Made by a program: the position numbers and the translations under genes | Source of the DNA: Octopus vulgaris | Taxonomy: Eukaryota | DNA: 64,000 nt | Direction: 5' to 3' | Assembly: GCA_951406725.2 (NCBI GenBank) | Contig: OX597838.1 | Location: forward strand, 26,722,001 to 26,786,000 | Notes under the pieces: generated by a model | Database searches by the model: none | What the model was told of the DNA's origin: nothing | The model's input: only the letters and a program-made list of their open reading frames with translations | In this document: piece after piece, positions 1 through 12,149 of the stretch | Layout: every line of letters begins with the position of its first letter | Numbering within the stretch: position 1 is the first letter of the stretch

Positions 1-392
1 GACCTGGCAAGCTTCATGCCGCTGTACTTGGATGGTCCGGCATTGGCGTTGTACCTAGAGATGGAGGAGACAGACCAACTCAGCGTGGAGAAAATGGAAA
101 TTCGGTTGATGGAGGCCTTTGCAGAGGGAATGTTTGAGGCATATGCTCGCCTGGGTAGAACAAGATGGACTGGGGAACAGGTGGATGTGTTTGCCAATGA
201 ACTTAGGAGATTGGCTAAACTGGCGGGTTATGAGGGAGAGTCGGTGGACTGGACGGTTAGGTTGGCGTTCGTGACTGGCTTTCCCAACAACATGTCGGTC
301 GACTTTGTTTAGAGAGATCTGATCTTCACTGAGGTAAGGCCCGTTGTATTTCCTTCTCTTTTTCTGTTGTCCTCTTCATCCGTCACACTACA
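1..392 (+). mobile_element. Gypsy-like LTR retrotransposon remnant: gag fragment (1-312) fused to a probable LTR 3' end
   Basis: The frame DLASFMPLYLDGPALALYLEM...GEQVDVFANELRRLAKLAG...VRLAFVTGFP resembles invertebrate Ty3/Gypsy gag. The ORF stops abruptly and is followed by ~80 bp ending ...CGTCACACTACA, a typical LTR CA terminus. Confidence 0.7.
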
Positions 393-579
393 GGGTCTTT
401 TCTTCAACATTCTCCATATAATATAATAATAATGTGGGGATGACAGGGGATGGAAACTTCTGGCAGTTGCTGTGCTTGAGAAGACACGTCAAGCTAAGTA
501 ACCTTTATGTCCTAGCATACAGGTTTGTCTCCTGGATCTCTCTCTTCAGCTGAGCAACCCTAAACTTGCAAGTTTGTGG

Positions 580-822
580 GTGCTGGTGCCACATGAAGAG
601 CATCTGTACCAGTGCCTCATAAACACACTCATGCGGGTGTTGCATAAAAGCCCCCTGCCCTCATTACACTCTGTAAAGTGATTGGCTTTAGGAAGGATAT
701 CCAACTGTAGAAAACATTCCAAAACAGACATGGGGCCTGGGTGGTCCTTCATTTGGTCAGCTCCTGTCAAGCCATTCCACCCATGCCAGCATGGAAAATG
801 GACATTATATGATGATGATGAT
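580..822 (+). mobile_element. RTE-clade LINE 3' UTR fragment with (GAT)n tail
   Basis: Ends CCATGCCAGCATGGAAAATGGACATTATATGATGATG, the same terminus as the RTE copy at 15555-16327. Further copies at ~1990-2250, 20200-20630, 35509-35812(-), 37935-38048, 46135-46260(-) and 56010-56203. Confidence 0.75.
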
Positions 823-904
823 AAAGGTCTGATACACTTCTAGCTTTGACAACAGAACTACTGTATTCTTTCATTCTTTTACTTGTTTCAGTCATTGGAC
901 TGAA

Positions 905-1118
905 CCCCTTAGCATTCAAACCAGCCATATTGGGCCTAAATATTGTTCTCATCTCAAACTGGCCAGATCCAACCTCTCACACCTATCCTACAATGTCATT
1001 CTAAAAGTAAGCAATCTCATCAATGAACTCTTGAAGCTAAGAGATAAAGCATGATCAATTCAAAACAATGTGAATCAGTCAGCATTATATTTGACAGTAA
1101 TCTGAATTGCTAAAGGGG
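905..1118. mobile_element. piggyBac-like (TTAA) MITE family 1
   Basis: Termini CCCCTTAGCATTC...GAATTGCTAAAGGGG followed by TTAA. A second copy at ~1124-1761 is split by a SINE, and related pieces lie at ~43525-43730 and ~51025-51450. Confidence 0.6.
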
Positions 1119-1225
1119 TTAAAACTGGCCTTTATCATGCCTGAATATTGTATCTGCTTTATGTTCAAACTGACCAGATTTGGCCTCTCACACCTACCCT
1201 GCAGTGTCATTCTAAAAATAAACAA

Positions 1226-1396
1226 GGTGCAGGAGTGGCTGTGTGGTAAGTAGCTTGCTTATCAACCACATGGTTTCGGGTTCAGTCCCACTGCGTGGCA
1301 CCTTGGGCAAGTGTCTTCTGCTATAGCCTCAGGCTGACCAAGGCCTTGTGAGTGGATTTGGTAGATGGAAACTGAAAGAAGCCCGTCGTATATATG

Positions 1397-1441
<45 letters not shown>

Positions 1442-1670
1442 TTATATATATATGTGTGTGTGTGTGTGTATGTTTGTGTTTGTCCCCCCAACATTGCTTG
1501 ACAACCGATGCTGGTGTGTTTACATCCCCATAACTTAGTGGTTCAGCAAAATAAACTGATAGAATAAGCACAAGGCTTACAAAGAATAAGTCCTGGGGTC
1601 AATTTGCTCGACTAAAGGCGGTGCTCCAGCATGCCACAGTCAAATGACTGAAACAAGTAAAAGGTAAAAG
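1226..1670 (+). mobile_element. tRNA-derived SINE family A with internal (TA)n(TG)n microsatellite
   Basis: Head GGTGCAGGAGTGGCTGTGTGGTAAG (box A-like) and GGTTCAGTCCC (box B-like), CORE-like CCTTGGGCAAGT, tail GACTGAAACAAGTAAAAG. Inserted into MITE family 1. About 19 full or partial copies in the window. Confidence 0.9.
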
Positions 1671-3049
1671 AGATCTCAAAACCACGAGAGAACGCATGAT
1701 TAATTCAAAGCAATAAATAAACAAGCATTACACTTGACAAAATATTTTGAATACTAAACGGTTAAATGAAGAAATGATTTGTTTACACAGTTTTAGACAT
1801 ACATGGTGTATAGACTGGATCTGACCCTGGGCTAAATAACAACAGCAACAACAAAAAACACAAGAATTGTATCACTGTAATGTTTATATTTCATTCTGGC
1901 TAACCTCAGAATAAATACTGGGAGTGTTGGGTCTGATGTAGTTGTGAAGTGTACATGCTGAGAAAGTGGAGGGTTGAAGGGTGTCCTTCAATCTGGTCTT
2001 GCCGAGGATTTGACAACCTCGCTAGTGTTGGTGCCAGAAAACAAAATGTATTCAGTATGCCCTGTAAAGTGGTAGGCATTAGGAAAGGCATCCAGCTGTA
2101 GAGAACAAGTAAAAATGATACGTAGAAGAACCGTTCGATGAAGACAGTGGCAAGGAATAAGAATTGGCTCTGGCTGTGACAACTGTCCTACTCATGACAG
2201 CATGGAAAGTGAATGTATGCTGATGCTGACGATGATGATGATGATGAGGAGGAGGATGAAGGCAACGGTGATGACAATTATAACAACAATGACATTGATG
2301 ATGGTGATAATGATGAAAACGATGATAATGACAATAATGATGATGATGATGACAACAGTGAGGATAACAACAACAATGACAAGGATGATGATGATGGTGA
2401 TGATAATGATGATGACAACAACAATAACGGTGACATCAATGACGACAAAGATGGTGATAACAAGAAGGGAAAATGTATGCATGTATGTATAACTGTCAAC
2501 AAAGAGAATCAGTCGAATATATATATATAAACATGAGAGGAACATAGTGTAAGAAAAAGTGTTTAACTGTTGACAAAGGGAAATAATTGAGTGTATATAT
2601 AAATACAAGTGGTGTAAAGTGAGTGTGTATAGAGCGTTGATGTTCAAACCAGAGAGCTATCTATGGTCAAAAGGTCTTTCCCTTTGTGACCATCCAGTTT
2701 TTTTTTTGCTAAGAAAGTGTATCTACAAGAGTGTGTAAGTATGAACAAGATGAAAGAAGGATGTATAAAAGGAGGGTGTATAAGTGCTGACAAGGACTAA
2801 GAAAGATGTATAAGCATGGGTGCACATAAAGAAAGGTATAGAAGAGTGTACAACAGAAAAGAAGGGTGTATAAATATGGATTTGTAAAAGAAGGGTATAT
2901 GTGTGTTGACAAGGAGTAAGAAAGACGTATAAGCGTGGATACAAAAGAAGAGTGCATACACGTGGACAATGGGTGTATAAAAATTGGTTGTGTAAAAGGA
3001 GTGTGTATATAAGTATGGATGAGTGAAAAAGTACCTAAACATGTTTTCT

Positions 3050-3226
3050 GTTGCTGTAGTTTAGTCTGATCAAACAGACCCATAATCAAAAGCAATCCAG
3101 TCATGACGCTCCCAGAGAGTCCACTGTACAATGTGTCCTTCTTTTCACTAATGCAGTCGGGGAGCAACTTGCAAGGGATTTTGGCAGCTATTTCTAGCAT
3201 GTCAAGTGACCACATAGAGGTCTTCC
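3050..3226 (-). mobile_element. Dispersed repeat family D (head with TGCTAGAAATAGCAGCCAAAT hairpin, tail GCTAAACAACAAC)
   Basis: The same motif set recurs at ~10920-11025, 26760-26885, 27080-27130, 28140-28185, 29300-29490, 29750-29965, 45060-45360 and 50375-50577. Confidence 0.65.
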
Positions 3227-3640
3227 GTCATAAACACAGGGTGTGTAAAAGGAGGGTGGCTAAGCATAACTAGCAAAAAAAAAAATAGTGTGCAGTTATG
3301 GGGGGGGGGGGGGGAATATCACGAGGAAGTTTAGGTTGAACAGGTGTGTGTATGAGAGCATGGGTGGGTATAGGATTGTGCATAAACGTGAACGTTGTCA
3401 AGCAGAAATGCATTTATGCATGAAGCTTAAAGAGTGAGAAACTCGAGCAGTTCGGGTATGTCGTGATGAAGGAGAGTAAGTATGTGAAGATAGTTGGAAA
3501 TAGGAGAGTCAGTATGAATGAATGAGAAGAGAGAGAGAGGAGAGTGGGTGTATATAAAGGTGGCAGGTGGATATAGAATGTATATATGCTAAAAGAATGG
3601 GGTGGATAAGATTGTAACTGAATATACAGAAAAATTAGTA

Positions 3641-3682
3641 CGTGTGTGTGTGTACACATGTCTATATATATGTGTGTATGCA

Positions 3683-3761
<79 letters not shown>

Positions 3762-3871
3762 ATGTACGTATATATATATATATATGTGTATGTGTGTGTA
3801 TTTATATATGTGTGTGTATGTATATAATGTACGTATATATGTGTGTACATATATATATATATATGATCAGA

Positions 3872-3927
<56 letters not shown>

Positions 3928-4200
3928 GATGATTTATATGTGTGTGCACGTATATATATGTACATATATATAGCTGTATATGTGTGTGTGTATAATTATT
4001 CGTATAAATATATATATACATATTCATATCTGTATGTATACATACACACACATACATGTCTATACATACATGTCTATACATACATACACTTACATACACA
4101 TACATGTCTATAGACACACACACTTTTACTTATATTTACATACACATACCACACACACACATGTATACATACACACATGTATACACACACACACACACAA
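3641..4200. repeat. Compound (TA)n/(TG)n/(CA)n microsatellite field
   Basis: Seen directly. Similar fields at 5330-5790, 27390-27770, 31075-31505, 32800-33475, 47050-47610 and 57040-57585. Confidence 0.95.
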
Positions 4201-5182
4201 AGAGAGAAAGATGAGATGAGGACAAACCAAGCAGACAGATATATGAGGTGACGATATATGAATATGATACACGGTAAAAACTTATCATTTGTCGGTGGTG
4301 GGGGGGGAGGAGGAGGGAGATCAAACATTATGACAGGGAAAGGAAAACAACCCCTGAAAACACAATTCCCCCAACTTACAAATAAAAAAAAAAAAATAGA
4401 AAGAAAAACGGGGGGAAAAAAAAAATCAATCAGTAGGTAAATGAATAAAGATAACAGATCAATCAGCTGCAATCATGGAAAGTGCATTGCAGTAAAGCAA
4501 AGTATTATATTTGCTCTCTGTCACAGGAAAATGTAGTTACACATACTGCAGACAGAACGATAGAAGGAAGGAAGGAAGAGAGAAGAAGAAGAGGCGGAGG
4601 AAGAAGAAGAAGAAAAAATGAGAGGAAAATGATAAAAATCCAATTTGAATGAAGCAAGCGAGGAAATATGGCAGAGAGAGAAAGATTGAGGAATCAGCTA
4701 TCAATACGAGTTAATTATTGATACGAAATAACATTTTTAATGTTGCCCCTACCGTATTTTCGGAAGGCCAGCGTGATAGGGGTTTTGGCTCATATTCCAA
4801 AGGCCACAGACTGCCAAAAGACGAAGAATAGCTTCTCCGTTCCATTCTCTGCTGGCATCGACTCCACTTATGTTAAATATCCTTCCGTATTCTTATTCTC
4901 TTTCTTTAAAGCTATTGTTATTGTTGTTGTGATTGTGGTTGTTGCTGTCATTGATGTTGTTGTTGTTGTTGGTGGTGTTCCTAACGATACATATGTTTAC
5001 TTGTATGACTGTGTGGTTGTGTGTGTACATGTATGAATATGAGTGTGTGTGTGTGTGTGTATGAGAGAGAGCATGTGTATGTGCCCCAGTTAGTGCATGT
5101 ATGTATCTGTGCCACACATGAAAACTTTAATATGCAAATGCAATTATGTATAGATATAGAAAAAAAAACATAAATAAAAGAA

Positions 5183-5213
<31 letters not shown>

Positions 5214-5321
5214 TATAAAACATAAATTTATGAATGAAGAAAATTGACGGAGAAGCAGAGAGCTGTTCAGCAGATGGAAGCAAGCAGTGAATGATTAACA
5301 AGTAGCAAAAATAATTCCTGA

Positions 5322-5360
<39 letters not shown>

Positions 5361-5378
5361 ACACACACACACACACAC

Positions 5379-5419
<41 letters not shown>

Positions 5420-6149
5420 CATGAATGTAAGAGAGAGTGTGTGTATATATACATATGTGTGTGTGTGTTTGTGTGTGTGTGTATGTACATATATATATAT
5501 GAATGTATATGAGTGTATACTTATATGTGTGTGTGTATATATACATCTATATGTATATGCATGTATATGCATATATGTGTGTGTATATATATGTATGTGT
5601 GCACATGTGTGTGTGTGTATGTACATGTATATATATGAATGTGTATGAGTATGTTTGTGTGTGTGTATGTATGTGCATGTATGTTTACATATATATGTGT
5701 GTGTATATATACATCAATATGTATATGCATATATGTGTGTGTGTATATATATGTATGTGTGCACATGTTTGTGTGTGTGTGTGTATTCAAAATAAATTAA
5801 AACCACACTAGATAGAAACATCATTGAAGAATTTTGCTCAATAATTTGTTAGTTTATCAAATGTTTAATTCGCTAATCTTTATTTCAATAAGGATAGAAA
5901 TTACAATACAATTATTGTTTGTTATAGAAGATGGTCTTAGGTTCCACTGATAAAAGCAGAAAAAAAAAAAAAAAATCCACAGAAAAAATCCCAGAAAAAT
6001 ATAGAAAAAGAAACGAAAGAAAAAGATAGAAGTAAAAAAATTAAAAAAAGTTGTGTGGGAAGAATAAAGAAGTTACTATCATAAGAAAGATAATTCAAAA
6101 CAGAAGAAATTTCTTTCTCTTTTATTATTAATGTTGTTGTTGTTGTTGT

Positions 6150-7045
6150 TAGGCAGCAAGCTGGCAGAATTGTTACCATACTGGACAAAATGCTTAATGG
6201 CATTTTGTCAGCTTTTAAGTTCAGGGTTCAAATGTTACCGAGGTTGACTTTACTTACATATCCTTTCAGGGTCGATACAGTAAGTACCTGTCAAGTACTG
6301 GGGATTTGACGTATTGATTTTCCCCTTCTCAAAAACTGCTGACCCCGTCTCAAAACTTGGAGCCATTATTATCATTCTTGTTAAGGCAGTGAGCTGGCAG
6401 AATCGTCAGCACGCCGGGCGAAATGCTAAGCGGCATTTCGTCTGTCGCTACGTTCTGAGTTCAAATTCCGCCGAGGTTGACTTTGCCTTTCATCCTTTCC
6501 AGGTCGATTAAATAAGTACCAGTTACACACTGGGGTTGATGTAATCGACTTAATCCGTTTGTCTGTCCTTGTTTGTTCCCTCTGTGTTTAGCCCCTTGTG
6601 GATAGTAAAGAAATAGGCATTTTGTCAGCTTTGAAGTTCAGGGTTCAAATGCTACCGAGGTTGATTTTACTTTCAGGGTCGATACAGTAAGTTACCTGTC
6701 AAGTACTTGGGGTTTGATGTATTGATTTTTCCCCTTCTCAAAAACTGCTGACCCTGTCTCAAAACTTGGAGCCATTATTATCATTCTTGTTAAGGCAGCG
6801 AGCTGGCAGAATTTTAAGCATGCTGGGCAAAATGCTTAGTGGCATCTGGGTCACCTCTTACAACACACAGTGATGAAATGTCCCTATTTTAAAAAACTGA
6901 TACCGTAGCAACTCTTTCTTCATCAATGATGGTTCTAAGTTTTTGGGGTTGATAAATTAAGTATCAGTGAAACACAGGGATCGATATAATCGACTAGTCT
7001 ACTCCACTAAATTTCAGACCTTGTGCCTATAGTAGAAAGGGTTAT
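6150..7045 (+). mobile_element. Cluster of tRNA-derived SINE family B copies, including a young copy at 6383-6615
   Basis: Head GGCGGCGAGCTGGCAGAATCGTTAGCACGCCGGGCGAAATGCTTAGCGG, box B-like GAGTTCAAATTC, central GTCGACTTTGCCTTTCATCCTTTCGGGGTCGAT. Confidence 0.9.
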
Positions 7046-7047
7046 TA

Positions 7048-7205
7048 TTACCTCCACCTTAGCAAAGGTGAAGGTATAGTTTTCAATTGTGTTTTTTGTT
7101 TCTTTTCTGTGGACAAGATACCTCAAGAACTGCTAGATGGATTCAGATGAAACTTTCAGGGACATCACAAACTGATTAGATTTTGGAATCAGTCCAGTAC
7201 CGGAC
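7048..7205 (+). mobile_element. Helentron/DINE-like non-autonomous element fragment
   Basis: Starts TTACCTCCACCTTAGCAAAGGTGAAGGT (short sub-terminal inverted repeat), followed by GATGAAACT...GATTAGATTTTGG. An antisense copy lies at ~62260-62435. Confidence 0.5.
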
Positions 7206-7214
7206 ATGGTTTAA

Positions 7215-7635
7215 ATAATCATAATAATAATAATAATTGTGTACAGTGCTCAGGTGCACTACAACTCATCTAAAGTGTATATATAATCAGGTGTAGTTTC
7301 GGCGGATTTCGGAAAGCATGAGGGCCTTAAAGGATGCAGAGTCATGGCAGTCAACAACTGACGCAGGCAGTTTATTCCATGCTTCAGCAACTCTGAGCGT
7401 GAAAAAATGTTTCCGAAAGTCATGGGAGCTGTGTTGTTTTCTGACTTTGTAGGCATGTCCACGTGTGTTAGACACATGGAGATCAAAAAGGTGTTCATTG
7501 TTGTTGTTGGTGAGGTGGTTGATAACTTTGTGGGTGTTTACCAAGTCCGTCGCCAGATGCCGGAGCTTCAGTGAATCCATGCCCAGGGAAACAAGACGCT
7601 CAGAATATGGTAGGTGTCTGATGGAGGGTATGCGT
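7215..7635 (-). mobile_element. CR1-like LINE 3' fragment
   Basis: Encodes ...LPYSERLVSLGMDSLKLR...NTRGHAYK...FFTLRVAEAWNKLP. Nearly identical to the 3' end of the copy at 17707-19248, with an (ATT)n tail. Confidence 0.9.
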
Positions 7636-7639
7636 TTCT

Positions 7640-8153
7640 ATGGCTGAATGGCCTTCCTAGGGCTGACCTGTTTGCCGAGTGTAGTGAGTGCTTTTTCTTT
7701 GCCACTGGTCCTAGTGAGATCACCAAACAACTCATAAGACTATGAGAAAACTACTTGGTAAAATTTGTTAATTTATTAAATTAACAATTTTTTACCCTAT
7801 ATTTGTAATGATTATTTCACTCCCCGATAACAAAACTGCGGATCTTTTTCTGAAGTACTATCTTGTGATGCACATGGTAAACTTGGAGGGAAATATGAAT
7901 TCACTCGTCTGTATAAGTTTGGATATGCTGATTAGCTTTTGTATGTTCTGATGGCGCTTGGTCAGAAATACAAGGGCTAAGTATTTCCTAGCATTTTCAA
8001 ATTTATAATTCTCGAAATATTATGTTGATGGCGGAAATGAATTTTTGTATAAGTTTTTACTGAATATGGTTCTTTTCCATACTGAAAACTACTTGGTTAA
8101 ATTTGTTAATTTATTAAATTAATAATTTTTTACCCTATATCTGTAATGATTAT
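7640..8153 (+). mobile_element. Probable Penelope-like element remnant with partial tandem pseudo-LTR
   Basis: ~70-bp direct repeat (7746-7815 and 8084-8153). The 3' part is homologous to 25160-25280, which adjoins a long inverted duplication. Both tandem and inverted terminal repeats are typical of PLEs. Confidence 0.45.
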
Positions 8154-8157
8154 ATAT

Positions 8158-8540
8158 AGGAGTGGCTGTGTGGTAAGTAGCTTGCTTACCAACCACATGG
8201 TTCCGGGTTTAGTCCCACTGAGTGGCACCTTGGGCAAGTGTCTTCTACTATAGCCTCAGGCCGACCAAAGCCTTGTGAGTGGATTTGGTAGACGGAAACT
8301 GAAAGAAGCCTGTCGTATATATGTATATATATATGTGTGTGTGTCTGTGTTTGTCCCCCTAGCATTGATTGACAACCGATGCTGGTGTGTTTACGTCCCT
8401 GTAACTTAGTGGTTCGGCAAAAGAGACCGATAGAATAAGTACTAGGCTTACAAAGAATAAGTCCTGGGGTCGATTTGCTCAACTAAAAGGCAGTGCTCCA
8501 GCATGACCGCAGTCAAATGACTGAAACAAGTTAAAAAAAA
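8158..8540 (+). mobile_element. SINE family A
   Basis: Near full-length match to 1226-1670. More diverged copies at ~9118-9540 and 10568-10880, and a 3' piece at 11245-11370. Confidence 0.9.
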
Positions 8541-8829
8541 AAAGAAAAGAAATAAATATAGTACATGGTAAATGAAAGACGGAAGATGGAATATATGAGA
8601 ATTTTACTTATTAATCATGACAATTGTTTCAACACATCTAGCATCGATCTCTCATGGGTGGGACACTTAACAGTCGGTTCAGGAGCATCTCGTATATTCC
8701 ACCTTCCATTTACCATATACATAACGAACACTGTGATAGTGCCCCAGCTTTACCAGTCAGCTACCAGATGTAAACCATTCATTTTACCATATAAGTGGCA
8801 CTCCATTGCTTACAATGACAAAGGTACCG

Positions 8830-9104
8830 GTTGATCTGATCCAAGGAACAGCTTGCTCATGAAATTAACATGCAAGTGGCTGAGCACTCCACAGACATGT
8901 ATACCCTTAACATAGTTCTCAGGGAGATTCAGCATGACACAGAATGTGACAAGGCTGGCCTTTTGAAATAAAGTTTTGCCTGTTGAGTGAACTGGAGCAA
9001 TGTGAAATAAAGTGTCTTGCTCAAGGACACAACATACTGCTGGGAATTGAACTCATGATCTTACAAACATGAGCTGAATAACTTCACCACTAAGCCATGT
9101 GCCT
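8830..9104 (-). mobile_element. tRNA-derived SINE family C (CORE-like GTGTCCTTGAGCAAGACACTT)
   Basis: On minus: GGCACATGGCTTAGTGG...GAGTTCAATTCCC...GTGTCCTTGAGCAAGACACTTTATTTCACATTGCTCCAGTTCACTC. Other copies at ~9988-10550, 24159-24412, 34255-34375(-), 44703-44865 and 51087-51401. Confidence 0.8.
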
Positions 9105-9282
9105 TCACACACACACACTTGGCTGTGTAGTTAAGCATCTTGCTTTGTAACCAGGAGGTTTTGGGTTCAGTCCTACTGTACAGCACCTGTGGTAAGAGTC
9201 TTCTACTATGTATCTAGGAAGACCGATGGCTTGTGAATGAATTTTGTAAATGGAAACTGTGTGGAAGCCCATTGAGTGTATG

Positions 9283-9342
<60 letters not shown>

Positions 9343-10131
9343 TATATGTGTGTGTGTGTGTATGTTTTTGTTCCCCTCCTCCACAGCTGATGCACAACAA
9401 CTGGTGTTGGTTTGTTTATGTCCCTATAACTTAGCAATCTGGCAAAAGTGACCAATAAAATAAGCACCAGCCTTAAAAAGAAAAATATTCTGGGGTCAAT
9501 TTGTTCCATTAAACATTTCAAAGAGGCACCCCAGCATGCGCACACACACACACACACACACTGGGTGTGCTAAATGAAAGTTTAAAAAAATAAAACAAAA
9601 TTTTCATCTTAAAAGGCAAAATATATATTCCATGGAAAGGATTACTCAAAGAAAGATTGATATAAATCCCATAATTCCTTGTAGAATGTCTACAGGAAGT
9701 GGGTCTTCATGACATGTATGTAAGGCTACACAACCGAGCAGTAGGACCCATATGCTGTCTCCAGTGAAGCCATCTATCTTGAGAAAGAAGACTCTAAACC
9801 TGGTACTGCAAACACTCGTCAATTACACAGTGCTCCTGCTGTTTACAGTGCTGTTGTTCGGTAAACTTAGCCGCCATTTGGTGATCATTGTTATTGCTGT
9901 TTGGTTCGAGGTCAACCTGATAGAAGCATTATGGCTGTTATCAAAGGCTTTCCATTCATGAGCATCCTGTCTCTGAGGGTGTGTGTAGGCGCATGGCCAA
10001 GTGGCTTGCATGTTGGTTTCACAATCTTGTGGTTGAGGGTTCAATCGCAGGACAGGGTGGTGCATTGTTTCCTTGAGCAAGGCATGTCCTCATCCATTGC
10101 ATCAGTCAATACAGCTGTAAACGAGATGAAT

Positions 10132-10438
10132 TATTTATTTATTCACCCCTTTCAAGCCTAGCCAGGCTCATGGGCCCGGTTTCTATGGCGTGTGTGTTTC
10201 CCCCCAGCTGGATGGGACGCCAATCCATCGCAGCGTTACTCAAGAAACAGGAAGAAAGAGTGAGAGAAAGTTAGGGTGAAAGAGTACAATAGGGATCACC
10301 ACCACCCCCTGCCGGAGCCTTGTGGAGCTTTAGGTGTTTTCGCTCAATAAACGCTCACAACGCCCGGTCTGGGAATTGAAACCGTGATCCTCCGACCGTG
10401 AGTCCGCTGCCCTAACCACTGGGCCTTTGCACCTCCGC
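10132..10438 (-). mobile_element. tRNA-derived SINE (family E) nested in a SINE C copy, with 13-bp TSD
   Basis: Head GGAGGTGCAAAGGCCCAGTGGTTAGGGCAGCGGACTCACGGTC...GGTTTCAATTCCC. TSD AAACGAGATGAAT (10119-10131) / AAATGAGATGAAT (10439-10451). Confidence 0.85.
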
Positions 10439-11370
10439 AAATGAGATGAATACCAGCTGGATATTGGGGTACCCCTCTCTGTCCCTCCAGCTGTCACATC
10501 CTGGATGTTCTGTAAGGTTCAGAGAGGGTCAAGAGGGCATCCATGTCTCCTTGTGACCACATAATAAGGCATGTAGTTTTGGGTTCAGTCCCACTGCACA
10601 GCACCGTGGACAAGGGTCTTCCTCTATGGCTGAAGGCCGATCAACACCCTGTGAGTGAACCATAAGGAAACTGTGTGGAAGTCTGTTGTGTGTGTGTGTG
10701 CATGTTTGTTCTCCACCACCACCACTTGACAACCAGTGTTGGTTTGTTTATGTCTCTGTAACTTAGCAGTTCAGCAAAAGAGAATATAGAATATGTACCA
10801 GAGTTCATTTGTTTGACTAAAAACACTTCAAGGTGGTGCCCCAGCTTGGTAGCAACCCAATGACTGTATCAAGTACAAAATTAGAAAATGAAAGACAGGA
10901 AGATATATACATATATGCATAGAGGACTACATTAACTGAAATATCCATCAATTTTTAAGACAATAGAGAGTGCTTTGTTGGAGAATTGACTGCTATTTCT
11001 AGCACCCTCATTAGGCCACGTGGGTTAAATATTTAGACAGTACAGAGTCAAGGAAGATACATACACTGCAAGAGCTTCAAATAAGGTAGGTGTCTCTCAT
11101 AGGTGTGGATTTAAAGCAAACACTATAAACAACCATCATTTATACAGTGCTCCTTCTGCTAACTGCAAGAAGCTTTACCATAGAATAGTTACTTATTGTA
11201 AGTGAGGTGCGATTAAATGTCTCGACTGTGGACACATCACAGTGGTTTGACAGTAAGAGACTGATAGAACAAGTACTAAGCTTACAAAGAATAAGTCTTG
11301 GGATCCATTTGTTTGACTAAAGGCAGTGCTCCAGCATGTCCGCAGTCAAATGACTGAAACAAATAAAAGA

Positions 11371-11409
<39 letters not shown>

Positions 11410-11884
11410 TTATCAAATTTAGTGGTATTAGCAAAGAACTATGCTTTCGCCCTCTTATAGTGTTTGTCAGAAACTGGTAATATTTTTGGAACATCAAATC
11501 ACACGTGTGTGTGTGTGTGTGTGTGTGTACATGTATGTATAATTTCTCATACCTAAAGGTTTTGGGTAGTTGATTAGATATGAAGGGGAAAAAACCTGGT
11601 GTATTAATACACAATTATAACAGGCTTAACATACTTCCAACACAGATGTGTATTAAGCACTTTGCATGAAGTCACACAGAAACTGCATGCATGCATGCAT
11701 GGATATAGATAGAAAGATAGGTAGATATAGATAAATATATAGAGATAGATATATAGACAGAGATAGACAGACAGATGGATGGATGGATAGATAGATAGAT
11801 AGACACAGATAGACGGAGAAATAAAGAGATAGATAGACATACATATATATATATATATATATATGTCTATGTATGAATATACAT

Positions 11885-12103
11885 CAGTGCTTTTCAAACT
11901 TTTTGCTGAAGCAGAACCCCAAGGAAACATTCCACTGGCTCGAGGAACCCCTGAGCAATAATTTAATTGTCTTATGCAAACATATCTGCACAGGAGAATT
12001 AAAAATTACTGTCGATTTTAGCATTTTTGTAACTTCTTGCGGAACCCCTGGACTCTACTGGCGGAACCCTAAGGTTCCGCAGAACCCTGGTTGAAAACCA
12101 CTG
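11885..12103. mobile_element. hAT (Charlie-like) MITE
   Basis: TIRs CAGTGCTTTTCAA...TTGAAAACCACTG with a perfect 8-bp TSD ATATACAT on both sides. Confidence 0.9.
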
Positions 12104-12114
12104 ATATACATATA

Positions 12115-12149
<35 letters not shown>

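Noticed and set aside
1226-1300. SINE heads as functional tRNA genes
   Set aside because: They have only box A/B-like motifs with no complete cloverleaf, and are always attached to SINE bodies.
3187-3198. GCTAGAAATAGC, identical to the Cas9 sgRNA scaffold tetraloop hairpin
   Set aside because: It is a 12-nt coincidence inside a eukaryotic repeat family, with no tracrRNA remainder, array or cas genes.
8186-8482. Recurrent ORF ...LLSVSVYQIHSQGFGRPEAIVEDTCPRCHAVGLNPEPCGW as a gene family
   Set aside because: It is the antisense translation of SINE A, and recurrence reflects copy number.
11547-11580. Other AG|GT juxtapositions (11552, 32633, 41940 minus; 17462, 22178 plus)
   Set aside because: They have weak polypyrimidine tracts or donors, or lie inside transposons, and are expected by chance.
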